From Eledone cirrhosa (taxonomy: Eukaryota), in contig OZ024740.1 in NCBI GenBank assembly GCA_964016885.1, forward strand, positions 411,060,001 through 411,124,000: DNA of 64,000 nt, given 5' to 3'. Position 1 is the first letter of the stretch, and the number at the start of each line of letters is the position of its first letter. The notes below the pieces were generated by a model. The model had not been told where the DNA came from and ran no database searches. It saw only the letters and a program-made list of their open reading frames with translations. Both the position numbers and the translations under genes were made by a program. Positions 26,636 through 41,419 of the stretch are shown piece by piece.

Positions 26636-26848
26636 GGTGGTCGATTGACAGTATCGGTAGAGCGTCAGACATCATGCTTTGCGGCATAGAGTTATGGCTC
26701 TTTACGTCCTGAGTTCAAATCCCGCTGAGGTTAGCTTTGCTTTTCATCCTTACGGAGTCGATAAAATAAAGTACCAGTAATGTACTGGTGTCGATTTAAT
26801 TGACTTTCCCCTCCCCTTCAAATTGCTGGCCTTGTGCCTGAAACAATT
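26636..26848 (+). mobile_element. SINE family 1
   Basis: A/B boxes and core. Flanked by direct repeat attaattacaggctact. Confidence 0.87.
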
Positions 26849-27167
26849 AATTACAGGCTACTGTGGGTGATACAGCAAACACGATTTTAATTAATTAAGA
26901 TTTTAACCTTAATGTGAAATAAAGTTATTTGTATTAATGGACATTTATTCTCAGGAGAAGCAAAGAAAAGAACTGCCGAAATTACCGCCAAGAGTAAAAT
27001 CGAGCTATTCACATCTGGGAAGAGAAAGTCTGATATTTGTTTTTATTTTGTTATTTTTACTGGGAATTCCTATGGGACCTCACTTCACTTTGTAGCTACG
27101 AAGTAGAAAACGACTCATGGAAATAGGTTTTGATGGTGAAGAACGCTCATTGATTAGGCCAATGAAA

Positions 27168-27320
27168 ATAATTGTTTCTACTTTAGGCACAAGGCCAGCA
27201 AATACCCAGTGCATTACTGGTACTTTATGTTATCGACCCCGTAAGGATGAAAGCAAAGTCAACCTCAGCGGGATTTGAACTCAGATCGTAAAGGGACGTA
27301 ACTATGCTGGAAAGCATGGA
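27168..27320 (-). mobile_element. SINE family 1, 5'-truncated
   Basis: Reverse complement of core and tail. Confidence 0.87.
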
Positions 27321-28483
27321 AAATAATGAAATTAGAAATGTTCCCATGTGTGCCTTTTTCATAAAAAGAATATTGTTAAGCGTCGGCTAAAATAGTTGGG
27401 TGCTGAAAAGAAAATAATTTTGAATACATTGAAAATATAAACTGAACGTAAAGTAAATTCATTAGTATTACAGAATATTCAGAGCTAGTATAATAGCTAC
27501 TACCGACTTATATTATGTTAATGTTTGTAGATGTCATCATTGGGAACTTAGGTGCATGATTGTTAAAAGATCTTTAGGATCTCTGCATAACAATATGCCA
27601 TTCCTTAGGTTAACCTTTCGGTCTTGATCAAAGGTTTTTCTCATCAGAGAAAATACAAAGCATTCCAGGCTCCTTGTGTTTCTAGTTGCCCAGTAAGTCC
27701 TTTGTGGAACTCCGCTGGTCGTCTTTTGTCGTTGTTGATATGAATTGGACTCTCCACATCACATATGACTGGTATCGAACGTCCTAGTGCATAATTCTTC
27801 CGATAGGCTGCCTAGAACCTTGAGCTACTTAGCAATGGTGCTAATTAATTTTCTTGCGTGCTTATCGATCATTTTCTGCATTTTCCGTACAACTTTCTAT
27901 ATGCTGATGCTATTAGAATGCCTAGCAGGCCTTTACGTTTGGCTACTGCTGTAGAATGATGGTCAGTGGCTGCCAGCTATTTGCAAGCTTTGACAACAAA
28001 CGACCGTGCATCTTCCAGGAAGCGAACAATCTCTAAAACAATATGCTCTCCCTTTAAGACAATGAGTACAGCGTCTTTTAAACTTTAAGTACATAAGCAG
28101 AAGCTAATTACTAATATCATGAAAATAAAATAGAACCAAAAATGCAACTTGATATACTATATATGAAAATAATATTATGGTAGTTGTCATTTACGAAATG
28201 AAAAATATTTCTATCGAGATAATAACATTTCAAATATAGTATCAGCTAATATTTTCGTTTTGCAGTAAATTAAAGTATTATTAGAAGATTTCACATATAT
28301 TTAGATGTAAGTAAATATGATATCAATACTGAAGCAATCAAAAGAGTATGGCTAATATATTTCCTTGTATACTGATAAATCAAAGAGATGGTAAATAAGA
28401 AACATCTTCATCACATAAAACAATTCCTCAGATTGAAAATATAAGAATATAACTGCGTTAATTCCACCATCTGTTTATTTAGG

Positions 28484-28515
<32 letters not shown>

Positions 28516-28797
28516 CTAATAGAAGAAATGGATATAATTTATAGTATATCTTTGCACACGGCACTGGACAGAATTGCTTCTATATCATTCACTCTCATCT
28601 CGGGAACAATTTTGAATAGCGCCAGTTCGTAATTTGAACTCGGGAATTTTATATTCTCCAAGTGAAAAGAACCTTCTGACGAGTGTATTTCTTTTCAATG
28701 GATGTCCGTAAGGACTATCCATTTATTTTTGAGACTTGAAACCGTACGGTAAGGGTAGCTACAGCAGGTACAGAGAATTTTTTTGCTAAACCTTGAT

Positions 28798-28858
<61 letters not shown>

Positions 28859-28929
28859 ATGTGTGTCTGTATGTGTGTGTGTGTGTGTGTATGTGTGTGT
28901 GTGTATGTGTGTGTATAGTATGGTTGCTA

Positions 28930-30230
28930 GGATGCGTCTATAGGCGGTATGCCGGTTGAGCACTCTATGCTCCTTCAGGGCAGAGTATGATAATATGGAA
29001 ACGAAGAATCAGTGATGCAACAGAACACAATTTATTACGTATTACAATTGTTTCTCTATAATAATAAAAAACTGGAGACACACCAGGATGAGCACCTAAT
29101 CCGCACAAACATTCGACCGAGGGCCAGCCACTAACCCTGACTCAACATAGGGGTAGCTACCGTTGCTTTGCCACACCGTCCCTCACCTCAGTACCTTTGT
29201 CTTCTCTAACATGTAACTCATTGTAAGATCGATCATATCTTGTAAATATCATGCCCCCCCCCACCACCACCACCACCAAGCACATAGCCATACATCCACA
29301 ACCATCACATTCGGCCAGGTGTCATTGACTAACCCTAAATCGAACTCGAAATAGGAATACTCACCAACACCTTACCACACCATCCCTCATTTCAGTACCA
29401 ATTTTTTTCTCTGTGTCTTCTCTGTCAGTTTTTAACTTGTAATACACAGTAACATTCGATCCTGTAAATATCATGTCGCACCCATCACACCCACCACCAC
29501 CACAAGAAGCTGGCAATATAAGCACCCAGCAGAGCCATGTGGAGGGAAGGAAGGGTGGACCCAGTACCCACCCTGGGAACCCAAACATACTCAAGCACCC
29601 TCCACCGAGCCCAGGAGATGACCACCCTATAATACGCAACGGGAACCCTACATTAGGCACTCGGGGGTCGACCACCTCCTCCAACCGCAGAATCCCCACA
29701 TTATGCCCCCTTAGTAATGAATGCCGAAGGAAGAACTTAATATACGGATGTAGAGTAAAATCTCCAAATCTGAGCACCTTTACATAGGAGCCACATCAAC
29801 GAGCTTCAAAGACCGATGGTATAACCATCACCATTCCTTTAATAGGGAGGACAAAAGGAAAAGTACGGCTCTTTCCGAACTGATCTGGAAGCTCAAGCTG
29901 GACAGGACCCCGTACTCTCTGGCCTGGTCCAAAATGAGGAAAGTACCACTTGATAGAGGAGGATCTGGCATCTGCAAACTATGTCTGAGCGAGACCCTCG
30001 AGATACTCAGCGGTGGAAGCAGCCTAATAAATATCAGAACTGACTTCTTCGGTACATGTAGACACCTCAGGGCCGGAACTTTCCTCAAGCTATACGGACA
30101 ATAACAACACATTGGGATGGGAACTTCCCTCAAGCTATAGGGACAGTAGCCCCCGCCACATCGAGCCCAAGGTAAACCACCCCCTACACACTCACCACCC
30201 CTACTTCTGCCTCGATCGACTCCTAAAGCA
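28930..30230 (+). mobile_element. Degenerate PLE 3' fragment (GIY-YIG)
   Basis: LCPLSNECRRKNLIYGCRV at 29700-29760, then frameshifted YIGATSTSFKDRWYNHHHSF and CKLCLSETLEIL..GTCRH. Proline-rich upstream linker. Boundaries approximate. Confidence 0.75.
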
Positions 30231-30358
30231 ACACATACTTATACATATGTCCATGCATAGATACTGTTGTTTAAAATTATACATACATAAATACTTGCAT
30301 GTATGTGTGTGTATGTATATATATATATATATGTGTATATATGTGTGTGTGTATATAA

Positions 30359-30422
<64 letters not shown>

Positions 30423-30849
30423 CATATGGGATGCACCTGAGCCTGTGTTTGTGCGTGTGTTCTTGCAGCGATGTGCGTTGACATACACGCATATGTACTT
30501 TATGCAGAAATAGGAACTGTAGTCCTTTGCATTTCCGGATTTTGACACTCAGGTTTTGGTGTTTTACACTCCACTTTTATCTCATTTGCCCTTAAAACGC
30601 ACTCAATGATAGTGTAAGAATTGTAATTCTTTACACTTCTCGATTCTGACACAGGTTTTCTACTTCAGTTAATATTTTTCAAATGTTTCAAATTTTGATA
30701 TTGGTTGTAACACATATGCATTTTGTATTTTTTTTATTTGTTTGGCACCCCCCACCACGTGAAATAGTGGCAGGATAGATGCCCACCTACACACAAATTC
30801 TTCTGAACATAGCAGAGGCACACTAAAGATGACCTGCCAGCTGACCCCT

Positions 30850-31180
30850 TAACACCACTACCACTACCAACACAATGGAGGAGGTCAGCTGTACTTAAAC
30901 AAAAACAACAGATTGTCTTGCCTCAGAAAAATTTCTATAGACTTTTGACTGAGGAAGGTTCTCACAACTGACCAATGGGATGAGAGAGTGTCCTATGACG
31001 CCGAAATTCGTTTGTTCTAATTCATATGATTCTAGTTCCTCAGAGAAATAACAATACAACCAGGAGCTGGACATATCGATGTATTGACGAAGTAAAACAC
31101 ACTTCAACAACATGTGCACCTGTCTTTCCCACACCAATTCGGAATGCCTGAAGAGGTCACAGCCAATGATGGCTGTCACC
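30850..31180 (-). mobile_element. Old RTE-like 3' remnant
   Basis: LFRHSELVWERQVHMLLKCVLLRQ..GH weakly resembles the post-RT LYGSE.W region. Confidence 0.35.
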
Positions 31181-31352
31181 GAAATATATATAGCAGTTTA
31201 TCTATAATTTATAATAAACGAAGCCAAATTTTACATATTTGACTTAATTATTTTACATTACTCCGGAGTAAACAAACCAGCCTGCGTACTTCGTCGAGTG
31301 CTCCAATCTGCATACTAGGGTGTCGGAAAACAACCAACATATACTCAAAATT

Positions 31353-31400
<48 letters not shown>

Positions 31401-31411
31401 GTGTGAGTAAA

Positions 31412-31626
31412 GAGTCAGGACCCCGACGGCTGAGCTCCAGCCATTTCGAGAGCTAGATCCGAACTAACCCAATAGGTTAGTTGGATCAGTTCGGGTCTAG
31501 CTGTCGAAACGGCCAGAGTTCAGCCGCCGGGGTCCTGATTCTTTTCCTATTACCCACTCTACTACACTAAGTATCGAGTACTCTGGTGCGTTATGGTCCA
31601 ACTTGTTTCTTCCCACACCGTCTTTG

Positions 31627-31628
<2 letters not shown>
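31412..31628 (+). mobile_element. Module B with 5' fold-back
   Basis: 31412-31465 pairs with about 31487-31540. Apex aactaacc-caata-ggttagtt. Confidence 0.8.
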
Positions 31629-31702
<74 letters not shown>

Positions 31703-31890
31703 TATATATGTATATATGTGTGTATATGTGTGTGTGTGCTGTGTGTCTGTATGTGTGTGGGTTTGTGTGTCGTTACACGTGTCTTTGTACGAGTGTGTAT
31801 ATTTGTATATTTGTATGTGTGTATATATGCATTGCAGGGAAGATTTCTAGAGGTTTACCTCACATTATTCATAGCGTGTTCATTACCAAA

Positions 31891-32561
31891 TATTCAAATG
31901 AACCATTCTGATTATTGGCTAGAACCACTGTATGTAGGTAGAAAGACTTCTTATCTTTGATCTATAAAACTTACCAATTCTTGCAAAGATGTACCCTTAT
32001 ACCTAAATTTCACCACCACTGACTCTTTCACAGTGTATGAAAATCATGATTAGTGATATAGGTGCGTAGAATAGACTACCAATGTCTCAACATTGCACTC
32101 ACACGCGCCATATATATGGGGAGTATGTAAGTATAGGTCGGTGTACGTGTGTGTGTGAGTGTGGGTGAAGCATGTGGGTATGGCGCATGTGAGTGTATGT
32201 GTGTATGCGGAACAAACACATTAACATTTCACCCAAGGAAGACTATTATACTGTTTGTAGACTCAATAATATGTTAATAATGACCTTTTACTTCGTAATA
32301 AACAATCTCTATTAATAATCGTATATTTCCACCGGAGGCACCATATTGTTCTGGCTGTGAGTGCAATGTTGAGACATTGGTAGTCTATTCTACGCACCTA
32401 TATCACTAATCATGATTTTCACACACTGTGAAAGAGTCAGTGGTGGGGAAATTTAGGTATAAGGGTACATCAGTGCAAGAATTGGTAAGTTTTATAGATG
32501 AAAGATAAGAAGTCTTTCTATCTACATACAGTGGTTCTAGCGAATAATCAGAATGGTTCAT

Positions 32562-32568
<7 letters not shown>
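31891..32568. repeat. Inverted repeat, about 210-bp arms, about 250-bp spacer, ending at (TA)n
   Basis: 31891-32103 is the reverse complement of 32357-32568. Confidence 0.9.
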
Positions 32569-32613
<45 letters not shown>

Positions 32614-32654
32614 AAAGGCCTTCGTGAGCCCCTTTTTTTAAGTAAAAAGAAATT

Positions 32655-32685
<31 letters not shown>

Positions 32686-32700
32686 GCGCGCGCGCGCACG

Positions 32701-32749
<49 letters not shown>

Positions 32750-33259
32750 GCACACTAATAAACATACATATCTTTACTTTATTCAATAGAAAATCTGAAT
32801 TCTGACACCCTAGGGAACTAACCATATTCACTGAACCAGAACAATTCTCTCATCCCATTTCTCTTGACCATTATCTTTTACTTGTCATGAAATTCTCTAA
32901 AAAGGCTACAGAATGGATTTACAAATAAGGGCGCGAAAATTTAAGCATAACTTGTTCACGTGACAGCGATAATTTCATTTATAACCAATTAAATTACGTT
33001 TATTAAAAAAAAGCCTTTGTTTTAAGTAAAAAGAAATTCAAACACTCATATATGAAAAAACAAACTGTGCCCCCCCCCCCCCTTGTTTGAAGAACTTTGT
33101 AACGCGAACTAGCGCGAAATTTATTATAATTATTGACCAACCAATCAAATTACTTCTCGAAAAATCTGGCATTTCGAGCCACTTTTTCCATATAAAACAA
33201 GTAACATTCAGAGACCAACCAGATGTGAGAAAAACCACAGACCCTCCATCTCAACTCTA

Positions 33260-33295
33260 CTTCTGAAAAGCAGAAGAACTGCGAAACCGGTAAAG
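33260..33295 (+). ncRNA. Minimal hammerhead-like motif (variant core)
   Basis: ctt/aag stem I, CTGAAAA, gcag-aagaa-ctgc, GAAA, ccgg, TA. Confidence 0.68.
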
Positions 33296-33437
33296 GAACC
33301 AAATAAATATATATATATTTTTTTTAAAATAAGACTCCAGTTGCATTTTCGATTTCATCTTTTTTTCTTTATACTTTCACTCGCGTAGGACACCTCGGTT
33401 ATTTTTCATTTTGTAAAAAAACCCTCACTTTCTAATA

Positions 33438-33533
<96 letters not shown>

Positions 33534-35042
33534 TTGATTTATATATTTTCTCACAGCATAGCTAAGATGTTTCGCTAAACGTTTCTGGGGGTAGCATAGC
33601 AAGTGCTCCATTAGCTGAAACCTCCTAGCTATGTTGTAAGAAAATGAATATATCAACCTGCGTAATTACTGCATTATAAATATTGATTTCGTCCTTTTTT
33701 GTGCACTACCATAAACAGACACTTGTAAATATTTATTATTGATTCGCCATCAACTATATCTCGCTCTCATTCGCCTTTATATCTTTATATTTTGTGTACA
33801 TTTTGTATCATGCGTATTTGTTTGAATTCAAGAGAATATTATTCTCATGGTTTCTTCATAATAGTTCCTTCTTTTAAAGAAGCGATGTTTGTCATTGCTT
33901 TGCTGATGAAATACGTTAAGTATACTTCAAATTTCTGTTAATTGAGTCTTACATAAACATTATTATCTTAATATTTTAATATTAAATTGATGTCGCCGAA
34001 TACAATACAAATTCATCCATTTAGATGTTATATTTTTCCAGTAAGAGATTAAATCAACATTTTCAGTTGGATGTCGATTACATTTGAAACATGCAAATCA
34101 TAGAATATTTATAGAATAGACTGTTGTGTATCCATTTTAGTTACTGCTAGGTTTAACATGGCATGTTGCTACAAATAAGATTATCCTCTTGCATTTTAAT
34201 AACACAGGAAAGACTGCATAAATTAGCCTTTCTTAATGCTGAGAGTAAACATATGGGGATTATAAATACAGTAAAATAAAAAGAGAAATCTTTGTCTTAA
34301 AGGGGCACGTAAATCATCTTTCGTTATGCGAAGTCTCAATTATGTAGCACTGATTTCGTTAAACTTCTTGACGATGTGCTTAAAATATGAATAAATTGAT
34401 CAATTCTTTGACAGATTCTTAGACCGTTTTTTCATCTTCTCAAGCTAATATCGATTTTTTTAATGCCATTGTTCACGAAAGACTTTACAAATAAATCGGC
34501 TCTTCATGTCATAACTTAGTGCTATATCTGACTTGAAATATTGATATATTGATAAAGAGAAATTTATTTGGCACTTAACACTTATATCTCTGTCTCAAAG
34601 ACCTACTTCAGCTCTCCGACCTCTACATATGATATATTCTTTCCATCATTGCAAATAGTTCTATCATTACCCATCAAAAGATTCACAAACAACAAAGATG
34701 TAAATTTAAAACAAATATATAAAGATATACGGAAAGTTTATATCCAACGAACGAAGTATTAATATATGATGTCATTCCATAAGGTTTTACAATAAATACA
34801 TTAAACATACACTGGATGCAGGTCTCAAATACTGCTTGTAAACAAAATATTGTTTATTTTTGTTAGAACTGACTTCTCAAAATAAAAATACGTCTATATA
34901 TCTTATAGCAGTAAATTATTTAGGGTGAACCATATATGCCAACGAATGGACTGTGGTCACTGAAACGTGTAAAAGGGAATACAGAGATTATTGTAGAAGG
35001 ATTGTCTACACTTCATTTTAATTCAAAATCATTATTTATCTT

Positions 35043-35160
35043 TCTGAGTTCAAATCCCGCCGCGGTTAACTTTGCCTTTCGTCCTTACGGAGTCGATAAA
35101 ATAAAGTACCAGTAATGTAGTGGGTAATTGCTAGACTTGTGCCAAGTGTAGAAACAATTG
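35043..35160 (+). mobile_element. SINE family 1, 5'-truncated
   Basis: B box, core and tail. Confidence 0.85.
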
Positions 35161-35246
35161 TTTATCCACACTGTTCTGCATACACACTTATTTCTAAAAG
35201 AAATCATTATCTCCTCTGTCTCTCTCTGTCCCTTCCTCTCTCTGTA

Positions 35247-35352
<106 letters not shown>

Positions 35353-35559
35353 AAGTGAGATTTTTTTACAAAATGAAAAATAACCGAGGTGTCCTACACG
35401 AGTGAAAGTATAAAGAAAAAAAGATGAAATCGAAAATGAAACTGGAGTCTTTTTTTTTTAAATATATATATTCATTTGGTTCCTTTACCGGTTTCGCAGT
35501 TCTTCTGTTTTTCAAAAGTTGAGTTGAGATGGAGGGTCTGTGGTTTTTCTCAAACACAT

Positions 35560-35592
<33 letters not shown>

Positions 35593-35895
35593 AAGCTTGC
35601 TTTGCAGATACACAGGGGAGTGGTGTTGGTGTCTTGATAAAAATGTGGTTTTGAGGACAGGAAATAAAGGATCTCACACTTAAGTTATTATCAGAAAGTA
35701 CAAGTGGAGAAACAGGAATATGGAAGGAGCAAGGAGTTAACATTTTAAATACACGTGCGTATCTGTACATGCATTCACGTACGAACACAACACCGTGTTT
35801 ACACTAACATCATGCACACGCATACACCTATAAACAGGCACCGATATATGTATATATCAGCATGTATACAAGTAATTATAAAGAAAGATATGGAC

Positions 35896-35952
<57 letters not shown>

Positions 35953-36063
35953 AAATTAAATTAAGGGTGTCATGTCTGAGAGACATGCACCATATCCACT
36001 GTAGAATATGCTCAAAGATTCCAATGAATAGATCCGATCATTTATATCAACTAGAAATTGATT

Positions 36064-36113
<50 letters not shown>

Positions 36114-36120
<7 letters not shown>

Positions 36121-36610
36121 ATGCGTTGGGCGGGTCATATTGCCAATAAGAAACACACGCACCAATTTATTCAATATATTATAAACTAAATTTATTAATT
36201 TCCGGTTGGTTGGTTGGTTCCACAACCAGACGATTGTTCATATATTGTCAAAGTTCTTTCGTCACACATTCTGTAACCTCTTCAGTGACTGGGAATTCTT
36301 TTCTTTTCTTTGTTTTTGTGCCTCTCGTTTGTTCTGTCCTACGCCATCTTGTTTTTGTGTGTGTTGTGTGCTTAGTTTGCGCATGTGTTACTTCCAGGTG
36401 TCTGTGTGTGTTTATATTTGTTTATTTATTTGTTTATTTACATGTTACTGGTTGGTTGTTTGTTCTATGTTTGTGTGTGTGTTTTCATTTTGTCCTTAAT
36501 TGTAAGTTGTGCGTGTGTTTCTTATTGGCAACTTGACCCTCCCAAAGCATAACAATATCGGTTTCAACACACGTTTTCAGATAAAGAATCTTGCTAAACA
36601 AATTCAGAAA

Positions 36611-36613
<3 letters not shown>
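36114..36613 (-). mobile_element. Solo pLTR of PLE family A with inverted end; HHR on minus 36247-36289
   Basis: Homologous to 41613-42060 and the reverse complement of 43232-43502. 36510-36557 inverts 36115-36165. Confidence 0.85.
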
Positions 36614-36698
<85 letters not shown>

Positions 36699-36702
<4 letters not shown>

Positions 36703-37475
36703 AACATATGAACCAATCACGGGGAATAATTTGTAAAAGTGTGCAAGCACACACAGCTAGGTAGGTAACTAATTAAAGTTTAATTAGAACTTCAAATATA
36801 GATACCTTTTAAAATGATTAATCTCCTTTGTATATATTTCATTAAATAAAGAAATATATTTCACCATCAGTCGGTAAATCACAGTAGTCAAATCCTGCTT
36901 TTTCAGCAAAAAGAGAAGATTTAACTATCTGTGTTCACACAGCAAATTCAAATCTGTGAATGACTTGAATCACGTGTTGCATTTTTAAAAAAATACACAC
37001 ATCGTACCAGCGTCAACCCAGTGGCGTGTATAGGATTATCGAGAGCTAGAAATAGCAGCCGTGTCCTTTCAACTGAGTTAGCTCTGCAATTAAGCGGCCG
37101 TGTATATATCCAAAATTAAATTAATTTCTAGCTGTCGATAACCCTATTCACCCCACTGGGATGACGCTGGTACGATGTGTGTACTTTTTAAAAAATGCAA
37201 CACGTGCTGCAAGTCATTCACAGATTTGAATTTGCTGTGCAAACACAGATAGTTAAATCTTTTCCGTTGCGGAAAATCCGTTATTTGACTACTGTGATTT
37301 ACCGACTAATGGTGAAATATATTTCTTTATTTAATGAAATATATACAAAGGAGATGAATCATTTAAAAAGGTATCTATATTTGAAGTTCTAGTTAAACTT
37401 TAATTAGTTACCTACCTACTTGTATGTGCTTACACACTTTACAAATTATTCGCTGTGACTGTTTCATATGTTTAT
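36699..37475. repeat. Fold-back element, about 355-bp arms, about 70-bp loop, between (TA)n tracts
   Basis: 36699-37053 is the reverse complement of 37124-37475, with scattered mismatches. Confidence 0.9.
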
Positions 37476-37699
37476 TTTATATATATATGTCAATATATAT
37501 ATATATATAATTGGATTTCTCGGATCAATACAATAGTATAGTGGCATAAAAAATTTTCTCTGTGTTTAGAGCTATATATATATATCGCGCATATGTTTCT
37601 GTATCTGTACATGTGAATAAGCAGTTATTATATGCTGAATTTATGAAATGTTTACATCATTTTACAGTTCCATTAATGTACTTAATTTGTAACTTCTAG

Positions 37700-38450
37700 T
37701 TCTGTGAAGCGCAGATCCTCAAGCTTTGTACTAAGGCAATTGATAGCATATCCTACACCTGACAGTCATAATAACACTTCCAACCCGGCTGTGCATGTCT
37801 ATCATCTCATGAAAATAATGAACAAGAGAGGTGTCAGTACGCACCCTTGGACAAGACCGAGTCCCACAATGAATGGTTTCGATTTAGCACAAATGTTCGA
37901 GTATTTGTATACAGACACCAGGGAAACAGCAAGGTAACCAGTGATCCCATAATCCTACAGAAGCTTCCACAGTATGCCTCGAAGAACGCGGTCATATGGC
38001 GTTTTGAGGTCTACAAACCAAGAATACACTTCTTGGCAGTACTCCCATAATTCCTCCAAGATTTGCCGCAGTGTGAATATCTGGTCAACAATGATGTGGG
38101 CAAAAACCACACTGTTCATCAGCTAGCTTGGAATCGACAATCTCCATACATCTCTAGAATAGACTTAACCAGGGATTCTCAACAAGTAGATCTCTCTATA
38201 ATTGGAGCGATCTCTCTTGACTCCATTTTTGAAATTTTGAATTATCATTCTGGATTTCCATTGCGTAGGTGCCTTTCCAGAGATCCAGGCCACCCGATAC
38301 ACTCGTGTCAGCCAGATAATACCTTTTCTATTTAACGCCTTCAGTATCACAGCCCGATTTTCATGATCCCTAGCGACCTTGCCTTCATTTAAGCTCTAAT
38401 TGCTCTTGTAACCTCAGCATCTGAGAGATTAGTCACCACAACCCTATATA
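37700..38450 (-). mobile_element. Degenerate RTE-clade RT fragment
   Basis: AWISGKAPTQW..FKNG..DRSNYREIYLL, FVDLKTPYD, VGLGLVQGCVL.PLLFIIFM on minus strand. Confidence 0.75.
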
Positions 38451-38455
38451 CCCCG

Positions 38456-38511
<56 letters not shown>

Positions 38512-38910
38512 GGAATGAAATTTCATTTCATTCCTTTCCATTTATCGTTTTCGGTACGCTCGGCCGACTAACTCACTCGATATGCAAATTAGGCTGTTCA
38601 GCCGCTAATATGCATAAGGAAAGTATACATTTTCAAACGTTCAATCATCTGACAGGAAGGTATACGATGCTGACGATAGCAAATAAGCTTGAAACTAGTT
38701 CACCGTTCCTTTGTCAGTGTTAAACAAAAGGGCGACGATGGTTGCCGAACACTGTGCGGCTTAATTCGGGCTTTTTGTTTACAAACAAACCGAACATTAT
38801 AATAAATGTTCGGTAAACCCATACGTAAATATATATATGTGTGCATGTATGTATATATATACATACTACTGTACGTTTGTATACATATATGTACGTACGT
38901 ATACATACTT

Positions 38911-38955
<45 letters not shown>

Positions 38956-39047
38956 GGTATAAAAGAAAAATACAGTAGAATATGTATGCTAATGGGATTT
39001 TCTCATAGAATAACAGCAAAACATTTATTTACAAAAAAGGAATTTAT

Positions 39048-39085
39048 CGTACCGGTTTCAGCCACATGGGCTTCTTCATACTACG
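39048..39085 (-). ncRNA. Hammerhead-like motif (degenerate)
   Basis: Minus strand: ATGAAGA-agcc-catgt-ggct-GAAA-ccgg-TA. C3 is altered and stem I is weak. Confidence 0.55.
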
Positions 39086-39289
39086 GAAGTGGATCATAAA
39101 ATTTATAATGGAGTTAAGTTGTATATTTTAAAGTATATGGTATAAAAGAACATGGTTTACATACATATATACATATATATAGAAGAGTTCACATTTTTGT
39201 TTATCACTTTCTCTCTTTCTCTCCATCTTGGTGGTATTGACTATAACTGCAGCAGTTATAGTCGATGGTAGGTGTAGGACAGAACAATA

Positions 39290-39540
39290 GTCAATAGATG
39301 GTGTAGGACAGAACAAAGTGGAGACACAAAATAATAACCTAGTCATTAAGGAGGTCACAGAATGTGTGACGGAAGAACTTTGACAATATATAAACAACCT
39401 TCTGGTTATCGAACCAACCAAGCAGAAATTTATAATAAATTGAAGCGAAACCAACAGATGGGTGTGTTTTTATTGGCAGCACGACCTTCCCAAAGTATAA
39501 CAATATCTGTTTCAACACACGTTTTCAGATGAGAAACGAA
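39290..39540 (+). mobile_element. Solo pLTR of PLE family A
   Basis: ggtcacagaatgtgtgacgg..cccaaagtataacaatatctgtttcaacacacgttttcagat. Confidence 0.8.
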
Positions 39541-39805
39541 GTATATATATATATATATATCCGGAAAGCCAACACGATATAACACATTTATAATATGAAA
39601 TTGCACTGGTATTCATCGATAGAATATATAGAGCGCCTATGATTCAGATTTCCTAATTAAAGATATAAATTACACATTCGAAACAGATTTACCAACGTTT
39701 GATATGCCATATATCTTACAATTTGAATTTACAAATACATGACACTGATTCAACGGATCAGTAAATGACATGTAATTCGGAGTGTCTTTATATTGGTTAT
39801 TATTT

Positions 39806-39993
39806 GTGGATTGGCAGTATCAGTAGAGGGTCGGACGCCATGCTTTGACGCATGGAGTTACGCCCCTTGCCATTCTGAGTTCAAATCCCGCCGAGGTTAA
39901 CTTTATCTTTCATCCTTACGGGCTCGATAAAATAAAGTACCAGTAATGCACTGGGTAATTGCTGGCCTTGTGCCAAAAGTAGAAACAATTATT
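39806..39993 (+). mobile_element. SINE family 1, full length
   Basis: A/B boxes, core, tail. Confidence 0.9.
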
Positions 39994-41348
39994 TAAGATT
40001 ACACAGTGGAATATACGGTAGAAAATAGAGTAATATGACGTTTCCGACCCTTATCCTTTTCCAGAAAGAAAACAGGATATATCATTCAATACAAAATCAG
40101 TACTTTTCGCGGATTCTATTAGTTTTTTACCTGTAAATATATTATTATTAGAGTTGCTTAAAACCCCCCATTAATTTATGACGTTGAAACATGAGCCCTC
40201 CATTCTTGTAAAATCTTCTATTTGGATTCCGTGGAAAATGAATAACCCTAACATCTAGTTATATATTCAGCTATGTTTTTTTTATCTTGAATATTTTATT
40301 GATATTAGAAAACAGTTAAAGAGTTCATAATTTCTTTTTATTCAAAAGCAAAATACTGTTTTATAACAAAATGGAAGGAATTGAATGAGATAATAGCCAT
40401 TAAATACGATAGCGATCAGGTTTGATTTGAAAGTTTTTTTCAATATCCATTCAAAAATGCAATTATTGAGAGCGTGGTGTAACTTTATTGACAAACACAA
40501 ATTACACTGCGTCCAACATCAAACGATTTTATCTTTCCCACAAGGCGTAAAATGTGATCTTTTGAATGGAAGAGAATATTATTTCAAACGGCCAGTTACT
40601 TTTGCATGACGGCTTTCACTTGGAAGATTTGCTTTTAAAATGTGGAGATTGATATGCGTGTAATGCTCAATAATTTAATATGAATGCGTGTGTTTTTTGT
40701 GTACGTATATTGCTCTTTGATATGATTATAACAAAACATTCAGATTACAAATCCCAAATCAGCCGTGGAAAATGATAATTACGGTGCAATGGTTGTATTC
40801 CCTATCTATCCTATCAAAGGCACTCTAAAATGACAATAGCTTGGTCTACAGGAAGCACACTGAAAACCGGTGGACCAAATTCCACCAGGCAGCAGATATA
40901 TCGAGGTTTTCTGAAGGCCCTAAACATCATTCTGAATAAATACGGAGGGTAGCAGTGGATCGGGTATGTTGGTGGATGCTTTTCATACAAATATTCTACC
41001 TACCACCTGAGGATCTGAGTCAAAATCTGTATCGCAAACATAAGGCTACTGCTCTACGTGTGCAAGTGGGCATCGTTCAGTTAGAATAGTAATGTTTTTA
41101 TTTATAGAAAGACAGGCAGGTTTTGTTGAAATTTCTATTGATATAACAAAAAACTTTGATAAAAACCTGGTTCTGTACATCATACTGTATCGATAATTAT
41201 ATATATTTCTGCATATATTATAGTCATGTAATAAACAACATAAGATAATTATTTCATTTAGCAAATGTTTCATGAAGACAGACGAGCCTGACACAGACGT
41301 CTGACTTCGAGAGCACTCTCGTTTCCTTTACCTTTCCTACGGAAACAC

Positions 41349-41419
<71 letters not shown>

